Shown here piece by piece: positions 21,177-32,300 of a stretch of 64,000 bases of DNA. The translations under genes were made by a program, and so were the position numbers. The stretch is from a virus (lineage: Duplodnaviria > Caudoviricetes), in IMG/VR virus record IMGVR_UViG_3300014204_013734, positions 224,001 to 288,000 of that record; one strand, written 5' to 3'. The notes beneath the pieces are model-generated. The model made no database searches, had not been told where the DNA came from, and was given only the letters and a program-made list of their open reading frames with translations. Position 1 is the stretch's first letter, and each line of letters opens with the position of its first letter.

Positions 21177-24100
21177 ATGGCTGATAACTTGAAGACACCC
21201 AGATTTTACGGTCCCGATAATGTGCTTCGGGACACGTTTATCTTCACGACCGATCTGCCTTTTCGGTTTTTTAATGGTGTCATTGACGCTGATACCGTTG
21301 ATATGCAGGTGTCAATTAGGGGCGGTGCCTTCACCAGCGATCCTGATTGGATTGCTTTTGAAGGTACGGAATTCAGCATCCCAAATCCAACGGCATGGCC
21401 TGATGGTCTTCAATTGCTTCCGGGGGACAATTTAATCGAAGCCCGAGCTATCCTTTCCAATGGCGATGTGTCTCCTGTAGGGTCCGTTCTTGCCAAGTTG
21501 TCTCTTGAACGGGATGTCAAGGCTAGTGTCATTGCCCCTTCGGAGATTTTCGTGGAACGCCTGGACGGGGTCGTGAATATTTGGGTCAACGGTTTAGATG
21601 ACCCGAACGTGACCGGATACCTCTTTTACGCGTCCGTTTCCCCTGGGGGGGGAACTGCCGGATACTTGCAGCTTACCCCACAACCGGTTATTTCCGGGCA
21701 AGCCACAGAAGATGTGCAGGGAATGTCCGAAATGACCGTGGATGCCACGGTAGCCACAAATTCAGAAGGGTTGCATGCAGCGGAACCGCTGTTCCTTCGT
21801 GTCCTGCAGGAACAAACTGATAGACAGGGGACTGTCATTCAGACGGATTGTAACCAAGCCACGACGATCCCAGACACGGTTTCGCAGATTCGAACTACCG
21901 TGTCTATCAGTTCAGTTCGAACGACTACCCGATATATGTTTTCTCATAGCCGGCTCGCGAACAATACAATCACATCGTCAAATCCGACGATCCCCCATGC
22001 GGAATTCAACGCGATTCCAGACACGGAACCGTTGTATTACGTAGTCACTGCCCTTTATTTGATTGATGGTGTTGAATACGAATCATCTTTTTCTCCGGAA
22101 GTTGCGGCCGAACCTTTGACCGTTCGTCCTATGGTGTCCGCCCTTCCTGTCGTGACTAGAGAACAGATTGTTAGGTCTACGGTTTTGTCCATTTACCGGA
22201 CACATCCTGAAGTGGATGTTAAAGAAGGTTCCGTTTATCGGGACACGGTGATTGATCCGTTTTCCAGTGAAGCGGAACGTATACGATTCGTCATAGGATT
22301 CATCCAGGCGGCTCAAAGTTTCACTACATTGTTGGCCATTGATGATCCTGGGGATTCGGGAACGTCGGTTGCCGTATCCCTTTCTCCGTACAAACAAGCT
22401 TTGAAGCAGGCGTTCTACTTGTCGACCGACAAGGATGTCCAGAACCTTATTGACAACGCCTTCGATCACATAGCTGCCCGCAGGGGCGTCAAACGTAAGT
22501 ATGGTTCCAGGGCAAACGGTGAATTGGTTTTCTACCTCCTTGCCCGTCCTGCCGTGTCACAGTTCATTCAAATCGGTCAAATCGCGACTTCTGGGGGGAC
22601 CCAATTCCGTACGACATCCGCCGGTTGGATCACCCCTTACGGGTCGGGTTCCGCTTATAGTGCAAAGACAGGCCGATGGGCTGTCCGTCTGTTTATTCAG
22701 GCATCAAATCCTGGGGCGGCTGGCAATGTGGCGGTAGGGCAAATCAGGTCCTTGGTTGGGGGGCCTCCTGGTGTCCTGTGTTACAACGATGCTACGACCT
22801 TCGGCGGGACGGACACGGAAACCAACAAACAACTCGCTACTAGGGCAGATGGGGTCCTTTCTTCGGTTGATACAGGGACATACCGAGGGTACGTTCAGAG
22901 TGGTAATGACATCCCTGGGGTTCTTGAAGCCAAAGTCGTGGATGCAGGTAATTCGCTCATGCTTCGGGACATTGATCCTTCCACGGGCAAGCATACCGGG
23001 GGGAAGGTAGATGTCTGGATGCGTGGTGAAAGTCTGGCGACGATAAGAGACAGTTTTGCCTTTTCCTTTGAAATCGTGGAAAACGGTCAATTTGAACCGG
23101 TAGGGGCATTGTCTGATTTGAAATTCAGAGCGGTAAATTCCAGCATCAGTGCTGACAACCCGATCATTGAAATGCTGGACATACCTGATTGGGGTTATGA
23201 ATTCGTTGATACCCGCACCGGCAAGGTGTTTGATCTTACGGGTGTGACCATCATTCCACCTGACATGATTCAACTTGCCACTTCTTTGAACGATCCCCTT
23301 GACATTGCTATCACTGATTTGTTCACAGGGTCTTATCGTTGGAGGACCAGTAACAGGCATGTATTTGGGCGGCAACCGGTTCGGGAAGTGACGGAATTGG
23401 TAGGTGAAGTGACGGGAACTGTGAACCCCGATTACTACAAGCTCTTCGCCGGGAGTCAACCGCTTGATCTTGGACGTTCCGTTGAAGCGGGGGATTACCT
23501 TCAGGTTATCCAACCACTTGGACAGACTCCCTTGCAAATCCCATCCGGGCAACCGGTCACTGTTACCGGTGAACGTCATGTTATGCTTGACGGAACGGAA
23601 TGGCTTTGGAGTCTTGGCATCAACCCTCTCACGGTCAAGGTTTGGAATCTTGGCCGAACGGTACAATATTGGAGTCCTTACCAACCGGGTGTTGAACCCG
23701 ATTTCACCTTTGTCCCTGAATCCGGCGAAGACCCCCTTGGCATCAAACCTACCGCTCTTTCCAGGATCACGGATGGTGAGGAAGTTCTGGTTGATTACGA
23801 ACACGATGAAAACTTCGTCGTCACCTATTCCGTGAATGCTATTGTGTCGTCGGGACAAGCTGTTTTGGACAACGAAAGGCATGCAACTGCCGATGTTCTG
23901 GCGAAGGAAACACCACAGACTGGCGTTGACATTACAGCAACAATCGTTCTCAAAAAGAACACCAACACGTCAGCGTCCGACAGTTCTGTCAGGACCGCCC
24001 TCGGGCGCCTGTTTGGGACATTCAAGATGGGGACTCCAATCCGGCAGTCCGATGTTGATGCAACCATCAGGCTGGTTTCCAACGTTGCTTATGTAGTATT

Positions 24101-24698
24101 GCCGTTGACGAAATTGGCTAAATCCGACGAGTCCGAAGTTATTTTGGAAGAGGTTACGGTTTCAGCCAAGACGGACTGGTTCAAAATCACGGATTGGTCA
24201 ACCAGTGAAGTTGACATGATCCTTCTGACGGAACCTTTGGAATCAGGAACCTTGGATGGAGGCGGTAATTTCTGGGAACCAAGGGCGGTTTACTTTAACG
24301 AGGAACTTTTAACAACTTGGGACACCCCTCCAGATGCTGACGGGGTTCCTATGAATCGGACGCAATGGGGGGCATTCATTATCGGGAATGGGGGTCTGAA
24401 TATCCCGAAATACAGTGACGATGCTACGTTGAAGGTTAAGTATCCTTTCGCTTCCGATGCGGAAATCATGCAATGGAGGATCACCTTGACGGCTCGTCGC
24501 ATCATTGTAGCCCTCCCTTCTGGAACGGACCCTACGACAGGGACGTGGAAGGCGGATTACATTGTCCATGGCGACACGGGAGTGAAGAATATTGTCCCAG
24601 GACCTATTGAAGTTTTGACACTCGGGAATCTTGAGTTCACATATGACGAGGAACCTGATTTCTCGTCCCAGGTTAGCGGTGGAACACGGAGTTCTTGA
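21177..24698 (+). CDS. Baseplate J-like (T4 gp6 / P2 gpJ) wedge protein (~1173 aa)
   Basis: Baseplate-J motifs: GSVYRDTVIDP, AFDHIAARRGVKR...ANGELVF, GAAGNVAVGQI, TFGGTDTETNKQLATR, GGKVDVW. Confidence 0.8.
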   Translation: MADNLKTPRFYGPDNVLRDTFIFTTDLPFRFFNGVIDADTVDMQVSIRGGAFTSDPDWIAFEGTEFSIPNPTAWPDGLQLLPGDNLIEARAILSNGDVSPVGSVLAKLSLERDVKASVIAPSEIFVERLDGVVNIWVNGLDDPNVTGYLFYASVSPGGGTAGYLQLTPQPVISGQATEDVQGMSEMTVDATVATNSEGLHAAEPLFLRVLQEQTDRQGTVIQTDCNQATTIPDTVSQIRTTVSISSVRTTTRYMFSHSRLANNTITSSNPTIPHAEFNAIPDTEPLYYVVTALYLIDGVEYESSFSPEVAAEPLTVRPMVSALPVVTREQIVRSTVLSIYRTHPEVDVKEGSVYRDTVIDPFSSEAERIRFVIGFIQAAQSFTTLLAIDDPGDSGTSVAVSLSPYKQALKQAFYLSTDKDVQNLIDNAFDHIAARRGVKRKYGSRANGELVFYLLARPAVSQFIQIGQIATSGGTQFRTTSAGWITPYGSGSAYSAKTGRWAVRLFIQASNPGAAGNVAVGQIRSLVGGPPGVLCYNDATTFGGTDTETNKQLATRADGVLSSVDTGTYRGYVQSGNDIPGVLEAKVVDAGNSLMLRDIDPSTGKHTGGKVDVWMRGESLATIRDSFAFSFEIVENGQFEPVGALSDLKFRAVNSSISADNPIIEMLDIPDWGYEFVDTRTGKVFDLTGVTIIPPDMIQLATSLNDPLDIAITDLFTGSYRWRTSNRHVFGRQPVREVTELVGEVTGTVNPDYYKLFAGSQPLDLGRSVEAGDYLQVIQPLGQTPLQIPSGQPVTVTGERHVMLDGTEWLWSLGINPLTVKVWNLGRTVQYWSPYQPGVEPDFTFVPESGEDPLGIKPTALSRITDGEEVLVDYEHDENFVVTYSVNAIVSSGQAVLDNERHATADVLAKETPQTGVDITATIVLKKNTNTSASDSSVRTALGRLFGTFKMGTPIRQSDVDATIRLVSNVAYVVLPLTKLAKSDESEVILEEVTVSAKTDWFKITDWSTSEVDMILLTEPLESGTLDGGGNFWEPRAVYFNEELLTTWDTPPDADGVPMNRTQWGAFIIGNGGLNIPKYSDDATLKVKYPFASDAEIMQWRITLTARRIIVALPSGTDPTTGTWKADYIVHGDTGVKNIVPGPIEVLTLGNLEFTYDEEPDFSSQVSGGTRSS

Positions 24699-26089
24699 TG
24701 CCAGACCAACCAGACAACACGACATTTCTGCCGGATTTAGTTCCGCAGAATCCTGCTCCTATCGGGGACAGTCAGGGGCGTAAAGATGTGGTCCGAGACC
24801 AGGTTGACCACATCATGGCGGTTTTCAGCAAGGTGTTGCCTAGCAACTACATTGATCAGGTTTCCGGATCATTCCATTCCCTTCAATTTCAAGCCATGGC
24901 GGAACGGATTGCCGATTTTCAGGTTACGGCCCAAGAAGTATTTGTAGATTCTTTCCACGAATATACGCGACCTGAATTTTTGTGGCAAATCATCGGGGCT
25001 TTGGTTTTCCCTGATGCTAAGACGGATGGTTGGCCTAAAATTGAAGGCGATCTCAGCTACAGGGAATTCGTTCGTCGGATGGTAGAACTCCTGCTCCAGG
25101 GGTCAAAAAAAGAAACCTTGCAAGAAGGTATGGCCCTTCTAACGGATGCTACGGTAGAAATCATTGAATGTGGCATTGAAGCAAGAAAACTAAAGGGAAA
25201 ATCCGCCTGGGGTCCTGATGAGCAATTCACTTTTGAAATAAACATCAGTCAGGAAAACGGGACCGTGGACGTTGATGGCGTTCAAGTTCCTTTGTGGAAG
25301 TTTCCTGACGATCCTTTCACTTTGTTTCGGAATGCACAAATCGTCCTCCGGGCATTGAAACCTGGGCACACCCTCTATGATTGGCGGTATTTGTTCCGGG
25401 AAACCTTTGGGGCACTGTTCACCGATACTTGGTCTTTCACCTGGGAAGATTATCACTACCAGGATTTCAGGCGTTGGTGGCTCGGTGCCGCCAGGATGAC
25501 GGGTTCTTCAGGAACGACCCTTTCGGATCGGACGTTGTTCAGTGATACGACACGGGATTTCACAGCTATAAAACCCGGTGCGACACTTCGTATTCTGGAT
25601 GGTGTAAATTCTGTCAATGACGGCAAGTTGGGGGCTACAAATTCCCTGACGGAGGAAGAATTCCCTGGTTATTTCAGGGTTGTGGAAATCAGGACCTTTC
25701 CGGTCGGGGATGATCCAACCCCTCGGGCTTATACTACTACTCCTTCAGGTTTGTCAGGGACCGCAACTGTGGAGGATGGAAACATCGTCGATCTTTTCCA
25801 GAATTGGGCTTTGGTTGTAGAAGGGGAAATCTTGACCTTTTCGGCAGGCCCAAATGCCGGAAACTACCGACTAAAAACCTTGATTGGGTTGCACGGGGGG
25901 CCAATTGGGGTTCCTACGGCAACTGGACCTTCAACGAAGGTACGTCCGGCCCCCAGTCTCCTTCGTGTTCGGCGTAGAATGAAGATGGCTGTTTCGGGGC
26001 AGAGCTGGGAAGTTGTTGTTGACAGATTGGGTATGCAGACGCCCCGAAGGGTGTCTGGGGAAGACGCTACGCCTTGGTTTGTGAGGTGA
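24698..26089 (+). CDS. Baseplate wedge protein, gpI/gp7-like (~463 aa)
   Basis: Follows the J-like gene with TGATG coupling. YREFVRRMVELLLQGSKKE and LRALKPGHT resemble gpI-type signatures. Confidence 0.6.
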   Translation: MPDQPDNTTFLPDLVPQNPAPIGDSQGRKDVVRDQVDHIMAVFSKVLPSNYIDQVSGSFHSLQFQAMAERIADFQVTAQEVFVDSFHEYTRPEFLWQIIGALVFPDAKTDGWPKIEGDLSYREFVRRMVELLLQGSKKETLQEGMALLTDATVEIIECGIEARKLKGKSAWGPDEQFTFEINISQENGTVDVDGVQVPLWKFPDDPFTLFRNAQIVLRALKPGHTLYDWRYLFRETFGALFTDTWSFTWEDYHYQDFRRWWLGAARMTGSSGTTLSDRTLFSDTTRDFTAIKPGATLRILDGVNSVNDGKLGATNSLTEEEFPGYFRVVEIRTFPVGDDPTPRAYTTTPSGLSGTATVEDGNIVDLFQNWALVVEGEILTFSAGPNAGNYRLKTLIGLHGGPIGVPTATGPSTKVRPAPSLLRVRRRMKMAVSGQSWEVVVDRLGMQTPRRVSGEDATPWFVR

Positions 26090-26109
26090 TTCGTCTATGG
26101 GAACCCCTT
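26087..26109 (+). promoter_or_regulatory. Recurring intergenic motif copy 2
   Basis: TGA-TTCGTC-TATGG-GAAC-CCCTT. Confidence 0.45.
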
Positions 26110-26154
26110 CCGTAGGTTCCTTGGGTTTGAAATTAGAGGTTTGGAGAAAGACAC

Positions 26155-29100
26155 ATGCCGGCCAACATTCAGGTTGAAGTTTGGAGAGGCGGGGTTCGGG
26201 TTATCGGTCCGGTTACCAACACCAGCGTTGAAAACCTGTGGAAATCCGATGAAGTCCGTCTGTACTGTCCTGACGACAACCAGACTTCTTACAGATGGGA
26301 CCTTTCCTACACTCCGCTGGGAGCGCATGGTGATCCGGTAACCGATGTGTCCAGTGCGGTTCTTGATACCCCGGACGCCCAGTCTTGTAAATTTACGGTT
26401 GACTGGGATGGTCCATACATTGTCCGGTTGGTCATCAACCGCGGCGATCCCTTAACTGAAGATACCAAATTCATTCGTGCCCGAATCGGTACTTTGTTCG
26501 GTGGGGTCAAACTTGTGGGTGCCGGAGAACGGCGAACGACCGCGCCTTACGTTCCTGTTGACGCGTCTACCGTTGGGTGGACGAATGATATGAATACCAA
26601 CATGGCAAAGATACTGGCAGGGGTCCGTCGTCTGTCCGTATCGGGTCGTATCTTGTACGTGGACGCAAATCGTCCTCTTGGGTACAAAAATGACCAAACG
26701 ACCAACCCTCCGAATGACCCTACGAAAACCGTACGGTTTCCTGGCACTGATTCAACGAGTGTCAGTACGATGCAGAAGACGGGCGTGGAAATGCCGACCG
26801 TCGGGTTTGGGGATTTTGGGACCATTCAGGATGCTATTGATTGGGCGTATGGAGCCGGACGGGCGGCGCCGGTCAAGTGGGCACGGCCAACGGAAGAGAT
26901 TGCGTCGGCCTTGAATCCTTTCTGGATTGTCATTCAGCCGGGGCTTTACGAAGAAAATCTTACCTTGCGGGAACACATTCACCTTTCCGCTGGAGGTTCC
27001 CCACAGAAATCTGCGGTTATTCCGTTTATGGCGTTCGGATCCGCGAGCCTGATTTTGCGTTCTACTTCCGTTATCATCCGGCCAAAAGTTAACGTGTCCC
27101 ACCACGGGGGGCATGTATTCAACGCTCCCAGAATGCCGGAATTCAACCCCTTGGCCCCAATGCCCGCTCCTGTTGTTACGTTCTTGGAAAACTGTCCTGT
27201 CATTCAGATTTCCGGCATCACGATGGAAGTCCGCGATTATTGTCTTGACCCGATGATCACCGTCACGGGGACCGCATTCCTGTCATTCAGCGATTGCAGT
27301 GTACTTTCTACGTCCACTGAATTGCTGCAAGGTCCTCTCTTCAAGTTCCTTAATCCGGTGCAAGGGACAGCTACTTCACCCAATATCCAAATTGACTTGT
27401 TGGGTTGGGTCAGCAAAGACACTTTTTACGGATATTCAGCAGTGACCGGAGGGTCACATGCTGATAGGTGCGCCGTTTTGTTAGATAGTCGGGTAGCCGT
27501 GTTTCATGAAGGTGGTTCTGGCATGGCTGATGCAGTGGAAGGGGGTTTTATCCGGGCGGCATCGGATATGTACACTGCAGGTCCGACCAATATCGGATGC
27601 AAGGCGGCGTTTAGTTCCTTGCAGTTTTTCAACTCCATTTTCGGCGGGACCCTGCTGTTTGAAGGGTTGGTAGAAAGCATCTATTTTGACAATTGCGACA
27701 CCGGCGGCGGTGTCGGACCTGTCTTCATCAATTCGGATGTTGTTCTTCCGGCTCCTCTGGAATTTAGCCCCAGCATTGAATTTAATGGAGGTTCCCTTTG
27801 GAATAAGGTGCAGGTCAACGGGGATTCTTTGATGGCGGGATATCAGTGGACTATTTCTCCGAGGCTTGTTTACGGTGCCCGTGAAGTTTTTGTGTTTCGG
27901 GGGGATTTGAGCCGGATATATTGCGGATGCGACAGGCTTTCAACATCAACCATGGGGTACATAGCGGATTATGCGCGGCCGGAAAACGGTCACGAGGGGA
28001 GTTCTTCCCATCCGGTTTTGCCGGTAGGCCAACCTTGGCCCGTCCTGCCTGGAGGAGAAATTTCTGCTCTCCGGATGCAAGATGTCATGGATACTGTTGT
28101 ACGCCTGACAACCCCGGAAGATGCAAGTGCAAGTCCGGCTACGCCTCCGGATAACAGCGGTGTCACTGCGAGTTGGACACCCACTCTGAATGCAAATTAT
28201 GCCGGTATTTGGGGGTTTGACACTACCGACAAGCAGCGTGGTTTGAATCCGGTCCAGGGGCGGGGTGTCGGTCGGAAGATCAACGTCGTGCGGGATGGCG
28301 GTATCACAGGTACGGACCTTCCCGTTCAATTGCGTCCTCATCCCAACATTGCGGATCCTTTGAATGTGCATCTGTTCCGTGTTGGGGCTGATGCAACATC
28401 AAGTCACGTAGATCTTGGTTTCGTAATGAACGGCATGAACCCAGCCCTCAAAGTTTGGGGTGATGTCGTAGCTGACAATATTTCTGGGGGTGGTTCTCCT
28501 GGTGGTGTCAAGATCGTTGCAAAGTCCGGGGCTCCTTACACAACGATCCCTGCGGCGCAGGCAGCTTGTGTAGCAGGTGATGTCATTGTCGTGTATCCAG
28601 GTACCTATACGGAAACGGTCACGAATTTGATCAATTCCGTCGTCGGGATAGGCATGCCTGTTGTAGGACCTATTTCAATGGGTCAAACAGGGATGGGCAT
28701 GCGCTATCTGGTGTTGGATGGAATCACCATCGCCAGCATGGACACCGTAGCATTGACCGTGACAAGCAATTTATTCGGGGAATTGACAGTACACAATTGC
28801 CGTATCAACGCCAGCCTCAACAACGCGGTTCCCTTACCAGCAGTGGGGGTAGCCCCGGCTATGTACATCGGGTTGATTACGAGTGCGAAGATCACGATTG
28901 TCGATACAGTGTTCAACATCATTTCTTCCAATGTCGGTAAGTCGTCCGGACTTGTTTGTGTTCCAAACCTTGAAAACTACCTTACCTTGTCAGGGGTGAC
29001 CATGAACCTCCAGCAAGGGCCCGTGACACAAGACGTATCGTGCATTGAATGCTGGACGAACATGTGGGCTACCGTGCGTGATTGTAATTTCCAAATTACG

Positions 29101-29364
29101 ACGAACCCCTTGAATCTTGGGGCTGTGTGCTGCATCCATCATGATGGACTCAGATACATGCGGGTAATAAACGTTCACGTTCAGGTGTGGACGGGTTCCC
29201 CTCATGTTTTGGGCGGAACCTGTTGGGTTCTTGACGAAAACACTTCCGTTATTCTGGAAAAGAATGTGACGTATAACCTGGACAACGGTAATTTCAGTTT
29301 GCCGGTGTTTCACACCGGCACGGGTCAGATACGCATCATCCCGAGTGAAGGTTCCTTGGTGTGA
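26155..29364 (+). CDS. Tailspike-like protein: N-terminal PKD/Ig-like domain plus two pectin-lyase-like beta-helices (1069 aa)
   Basis: SYRWDL...CKFTVDWDGPYIVRLVIN is PKD-like. Two beta-helix cap motifs: GDFGTIQDAID...IQPGLYEENL and APYTTIPAAQAACVAGDVIVVYPGTYTE. Confidence 0.65.
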   Translation: MPANIQVEVWRGGVRVIGPVTNTSVENLWKSDEVRLYCPDDNQTSYRWDLSYTPLGAHGDPVTDVSSAVLDTPDAQSCKFTVDWDGPYIVRLVINRGDPLTEDTKFIRARIGTLFGGVKLVGAGERRTTAPYVPVDASTVGWTNDMNTNMAKILAGVRRLSVSGRILYVDANRPLGYKNDQTTNPPNDPTKTVRFPGTDSTSVSTMQKTGVEMPTVGFGDFGTIQDAIDWAYGAGRAAPVKWARPTEEIASALNPFWIVIQPGLYEENLTLREHIHLSAGGSPQKSAVIPFMAFGSASLILRSTSVIIRPKVNVSHHGGHVFNAPRMPEFNPLAPMPAPVVTFLENCPVIQISGITMEVRDYCLDPMITVTGTAFLSFSDCSVLSTSTELLQGPLFKFLNPVQGTATSPNIQIDLLGWVSKDTFYGYSAVTGGSHADRCAVLLDSRVAVFHEGGSGMADAVEGGFIRAASDMYTAGPTNIGCKAAFSSLQFFNSIFGGTLLFEGLVESIYFDNCDTGGGVGPVFINSDVVLPAPLEFSPSIEFNGGSLWNKVQVNGDSLMAGYQWTISPRLVYGAREVFVFRGDLSRIYCGCDRLSTSTMGYIADYARPENGHEGSSSHPVLPVGQPWPVLPGGEISALRMQDVMDTVVRLTTPEDASASPATPPDNSGVTASWTPTLNANYAGIWGFDTTDKQRGLNPVQGRGVGRKINVVRDGGITGTDLPVQLRPHPNIADPLNVHLFRVGADATSSHVDLGFVMNGMNPALKVWGDVVADNISGGGSPGGVKIVAKSGAPYTTIPAAQAACVAGDVIVVYPGTYTETVTNLINSVVGIGMPVVGPISMGQTGMGMRYLVLDGITIASMDTVALTVTSNLFGELTVHNCRINASLNNAVPLPAVGVAPAMYIGLITSAKITIVDTVFNIISSNVGKSSGLVCVPNLENYLTLSGVTMNLQQGPVTQDVSCIECWTNMWATVRDCNFQITTNPLNLGAVCCIHHDGLRYMRVINVHVQVWTGSPHVLGGTCWVLDENTSVILEKNVTYNLDNGNFSLPVFHTGTGQIRIIPSEGSLV

Positions 29365-32300
29365 TTGGAAGACTGCCACAAGTCACCCTTCCAAGGGACT
29401 GTTTTGCAACAGGACCGTTTGGGGCAGGCCCGTTCCCGCCTCCGGGTTGGGAAAACCTCCTTGGATGTCCCGCGAACCCGGACAATGCCGGGTTCGGAGG
29501 CGTTGCGTGGACGACCTATCCAATTCCGGAAGACCTTCCGGGCGGGGGGTTGTTCGGGCTTTCCCCGTTTGGTAGTGTCGTGACCCCGGCCCCGCCTATT
29601 CCGGTTGACAGGATGGTTCCGGTCCGTATGGGAGCCCCAACCAGGGACGGGGGGGATCTTGGTGGTGATTCCGGATGGGGCGGTATGGATTGGGGCGGTG
29701 ATCCGTGGGGTCTTGGCGGTAGTGCGGCGGCAGGCCTTTTGGAAGGTGCTGTCAGTCTCAACGGATATGAAATTGAAGTCTTTTTTTCTGAAGGTTCCGG
29801 ACCAACTTCGGCGTCTGCTTACGGTCTTGCTCCCATTATGGGAGCGCCTTCAACGGTTGTTGATGCCCGGCAAACGAGCGTATCCATCATCATCACGCAT
29901 ACTGGAACTACCCTCGGGGGTTTCTATACGCTGAGTGTGTCCTTGGATACGGGAATAGAATCGGTTACGCTTTACACGAAAGGGGATATGCCTCCCTTTG
30001 TCATCCAACCAACAGATTCAGGTGAAGATATCGTTTTCACCTTTGCTGAACGGATGCTTACGGCGGCGCAGGGATCGGACATTGATGATCCAGCTTCATA
30101 TGGGTTCACTTCGGTTCCAGACTATCCTATCTTCTTAACCCCAACCAGGATAGATCATCCTTGGACCGGGAACGCCGCCAAAGTTCATATGACCGTCAAG
30201 GGAATGACTTCGCTGCGTTACGGTTGCAAGATCAGTCCGGCGTTGGCATGGAATTGGACAGGTGCAGTTCTGCCGTCAGAAGATCCGACTTTGGATGGCA
30301 GGGAAGTGAATCCCGGTCAAGGGACTTCAACCATCGCTGAAAACACTATGTGGTTGTCCAGACCGATTTTCAACGTTTACGGTTGGGAATTCTTGGACTT
30401 GTCTGGACGGTTGACGACGACAGCAACGTTCAGGGCGGACTTTGAGTTCAATGCGGAATCCATGATATGCCACCCTCCAATTTTGGCGTTTGATAACCCG
30501 AAGGTCGGGGACCTCATTGTAGAAGACGGACCTGGCGGAACCCGTATCAACATTCAACTTCGGCAATCTCAAAACGAAGATTGGCTCCGAATTTGGAGTG
30601 GGACTTTCAATACGTTTATTCGACAGCCGTGGAGTATCGGGACGAACGTTATTACGGTCATCCGGAACACGAAGGCAGGCATTTGGGCATTCCTTTTTAA
30701 CGGAACCCCCTTCTTATCCGTTCTTCTTGCCGACCTTGACGGACCTGCGGAAGGGGATGCCCCTGGTGTGATCTGGAAGTTTGTCGGGGACGAATGGTTC
30801 AGTCTGGAAGCATTCAATCTCCGGAATGTGAAGGTCACGGCCAGTTCTACCGTGTGGTCCGGTAGTTGGAATTTCCTGCACGAATCCATGTCGAATTTCA
30901 CGGGTAGTGCCATCCTGGCTCGCGACCACGTTATGACTCGGCGCGGGCCCCTTGTCAAAGATTGGGGTGACGCTACTCCGGCTACGAAAGCGGATGTCAG
31001 TGTTTTGGTGTGCGGTGTTCCAGTAGGTGTGGCGGACGTGAACCCCTTCATCGGAAAAATCATTCCCGACATTCCTATCCCTATGATGCCTTTGGGGGAT
31101 CCATTAGGGGATGTGAAGTTGGATTACTACTGGCAGGCCAGTCCTGTTATGGGAATGGTTTTGAACATGCCCGGTCTTGTTATGGGTCAGTGGGACAGGA
31201 AGGACATAGGTCCGCACTATCCGGTAGAACACGGGCAACCTTATACCGCTTGGGTAGAAAATGGAGTATTAGAAGGGTTTATCATTCCCGAACCCGCGCA
31301 TGATTTCCCCAAATGCCGTGTCTGTGGGTCTGATTTGGTTGACCTGGGCCCTCCGTTTTGGTGGTGTGTCAATCCAACTTGTGCGAATTTCCATGTGAAG
31401 CTGATTCCGTCGTGGGAAGACCTCAATCCGGTACGCTTCCCGATGGGGACGGTATTAGGTCCGGTGTCCCGACCTGATCCTTTGCATATTGGTCATCGGT
31501 ACATTGGATTTCAGCGTGAATATTCCGCCCTCCTCGGTAGCCCGACTACCTTGTTGTTGGGTGTGAATCCAATGGCGTCTTCTGTTGACAATTTCAAACG
31601 TGACGTGCAGGGGATTTCTTTTGTATATGACGGGACTGCCGCCCCGAATTTATCCGATCCGGTCTGGTCCTTGACGGGAACCGATTCCGGTCATTTGGAT
31701 GTCGGGGAAGGTACCTGGACATTGGTAGACGCCGACCCTGGCCCTTGGACTCCTGTTGATCCGGCGGTAGCTTTGTGGGGCAAGGAAATTGATCTGACGT
31801 TTCCCGCCGCCATCACGGTAGTCACCCGTTTTCAGATTGAAGATGCTGACAATCTGTTCGGTACGGATGCAAACATTCTTCAGCCGGACGGTGTATTTAC
31901 CGGTGTCGGATTTGGTGTTCACGACAATCACAGGCTTTGGCTTGCTGGAACGTTGCTGGTTAACGGTTTGCAACATGTCGGGATGTTGCTGGATGCCCGA
32001 CGCATTCACTTCCTTGACGGATGGTATGTCGGACCATTAGCGGTAACAACTTTTGATGATCGGAACACCTTCCGTTGGACAACTGCTGACGCGCCTTCTG
32101 ATTTCCAGGCGGGACGCCGGTTCCAGATACTTTCCGGTCCTCAGATGGGAGTCTGGACTGCATCTACGGTCCTTCGTCATTGTGACGGCACGATGACCGT
32201 AACAGTTGACACGCCTTTACCTGCCGACCCGACCCGTTGGGGGTGTGGATCAGCAACCGTTGTGTTTGAAACCCCATGGAGCGGAAAACCTTCCACTTAT

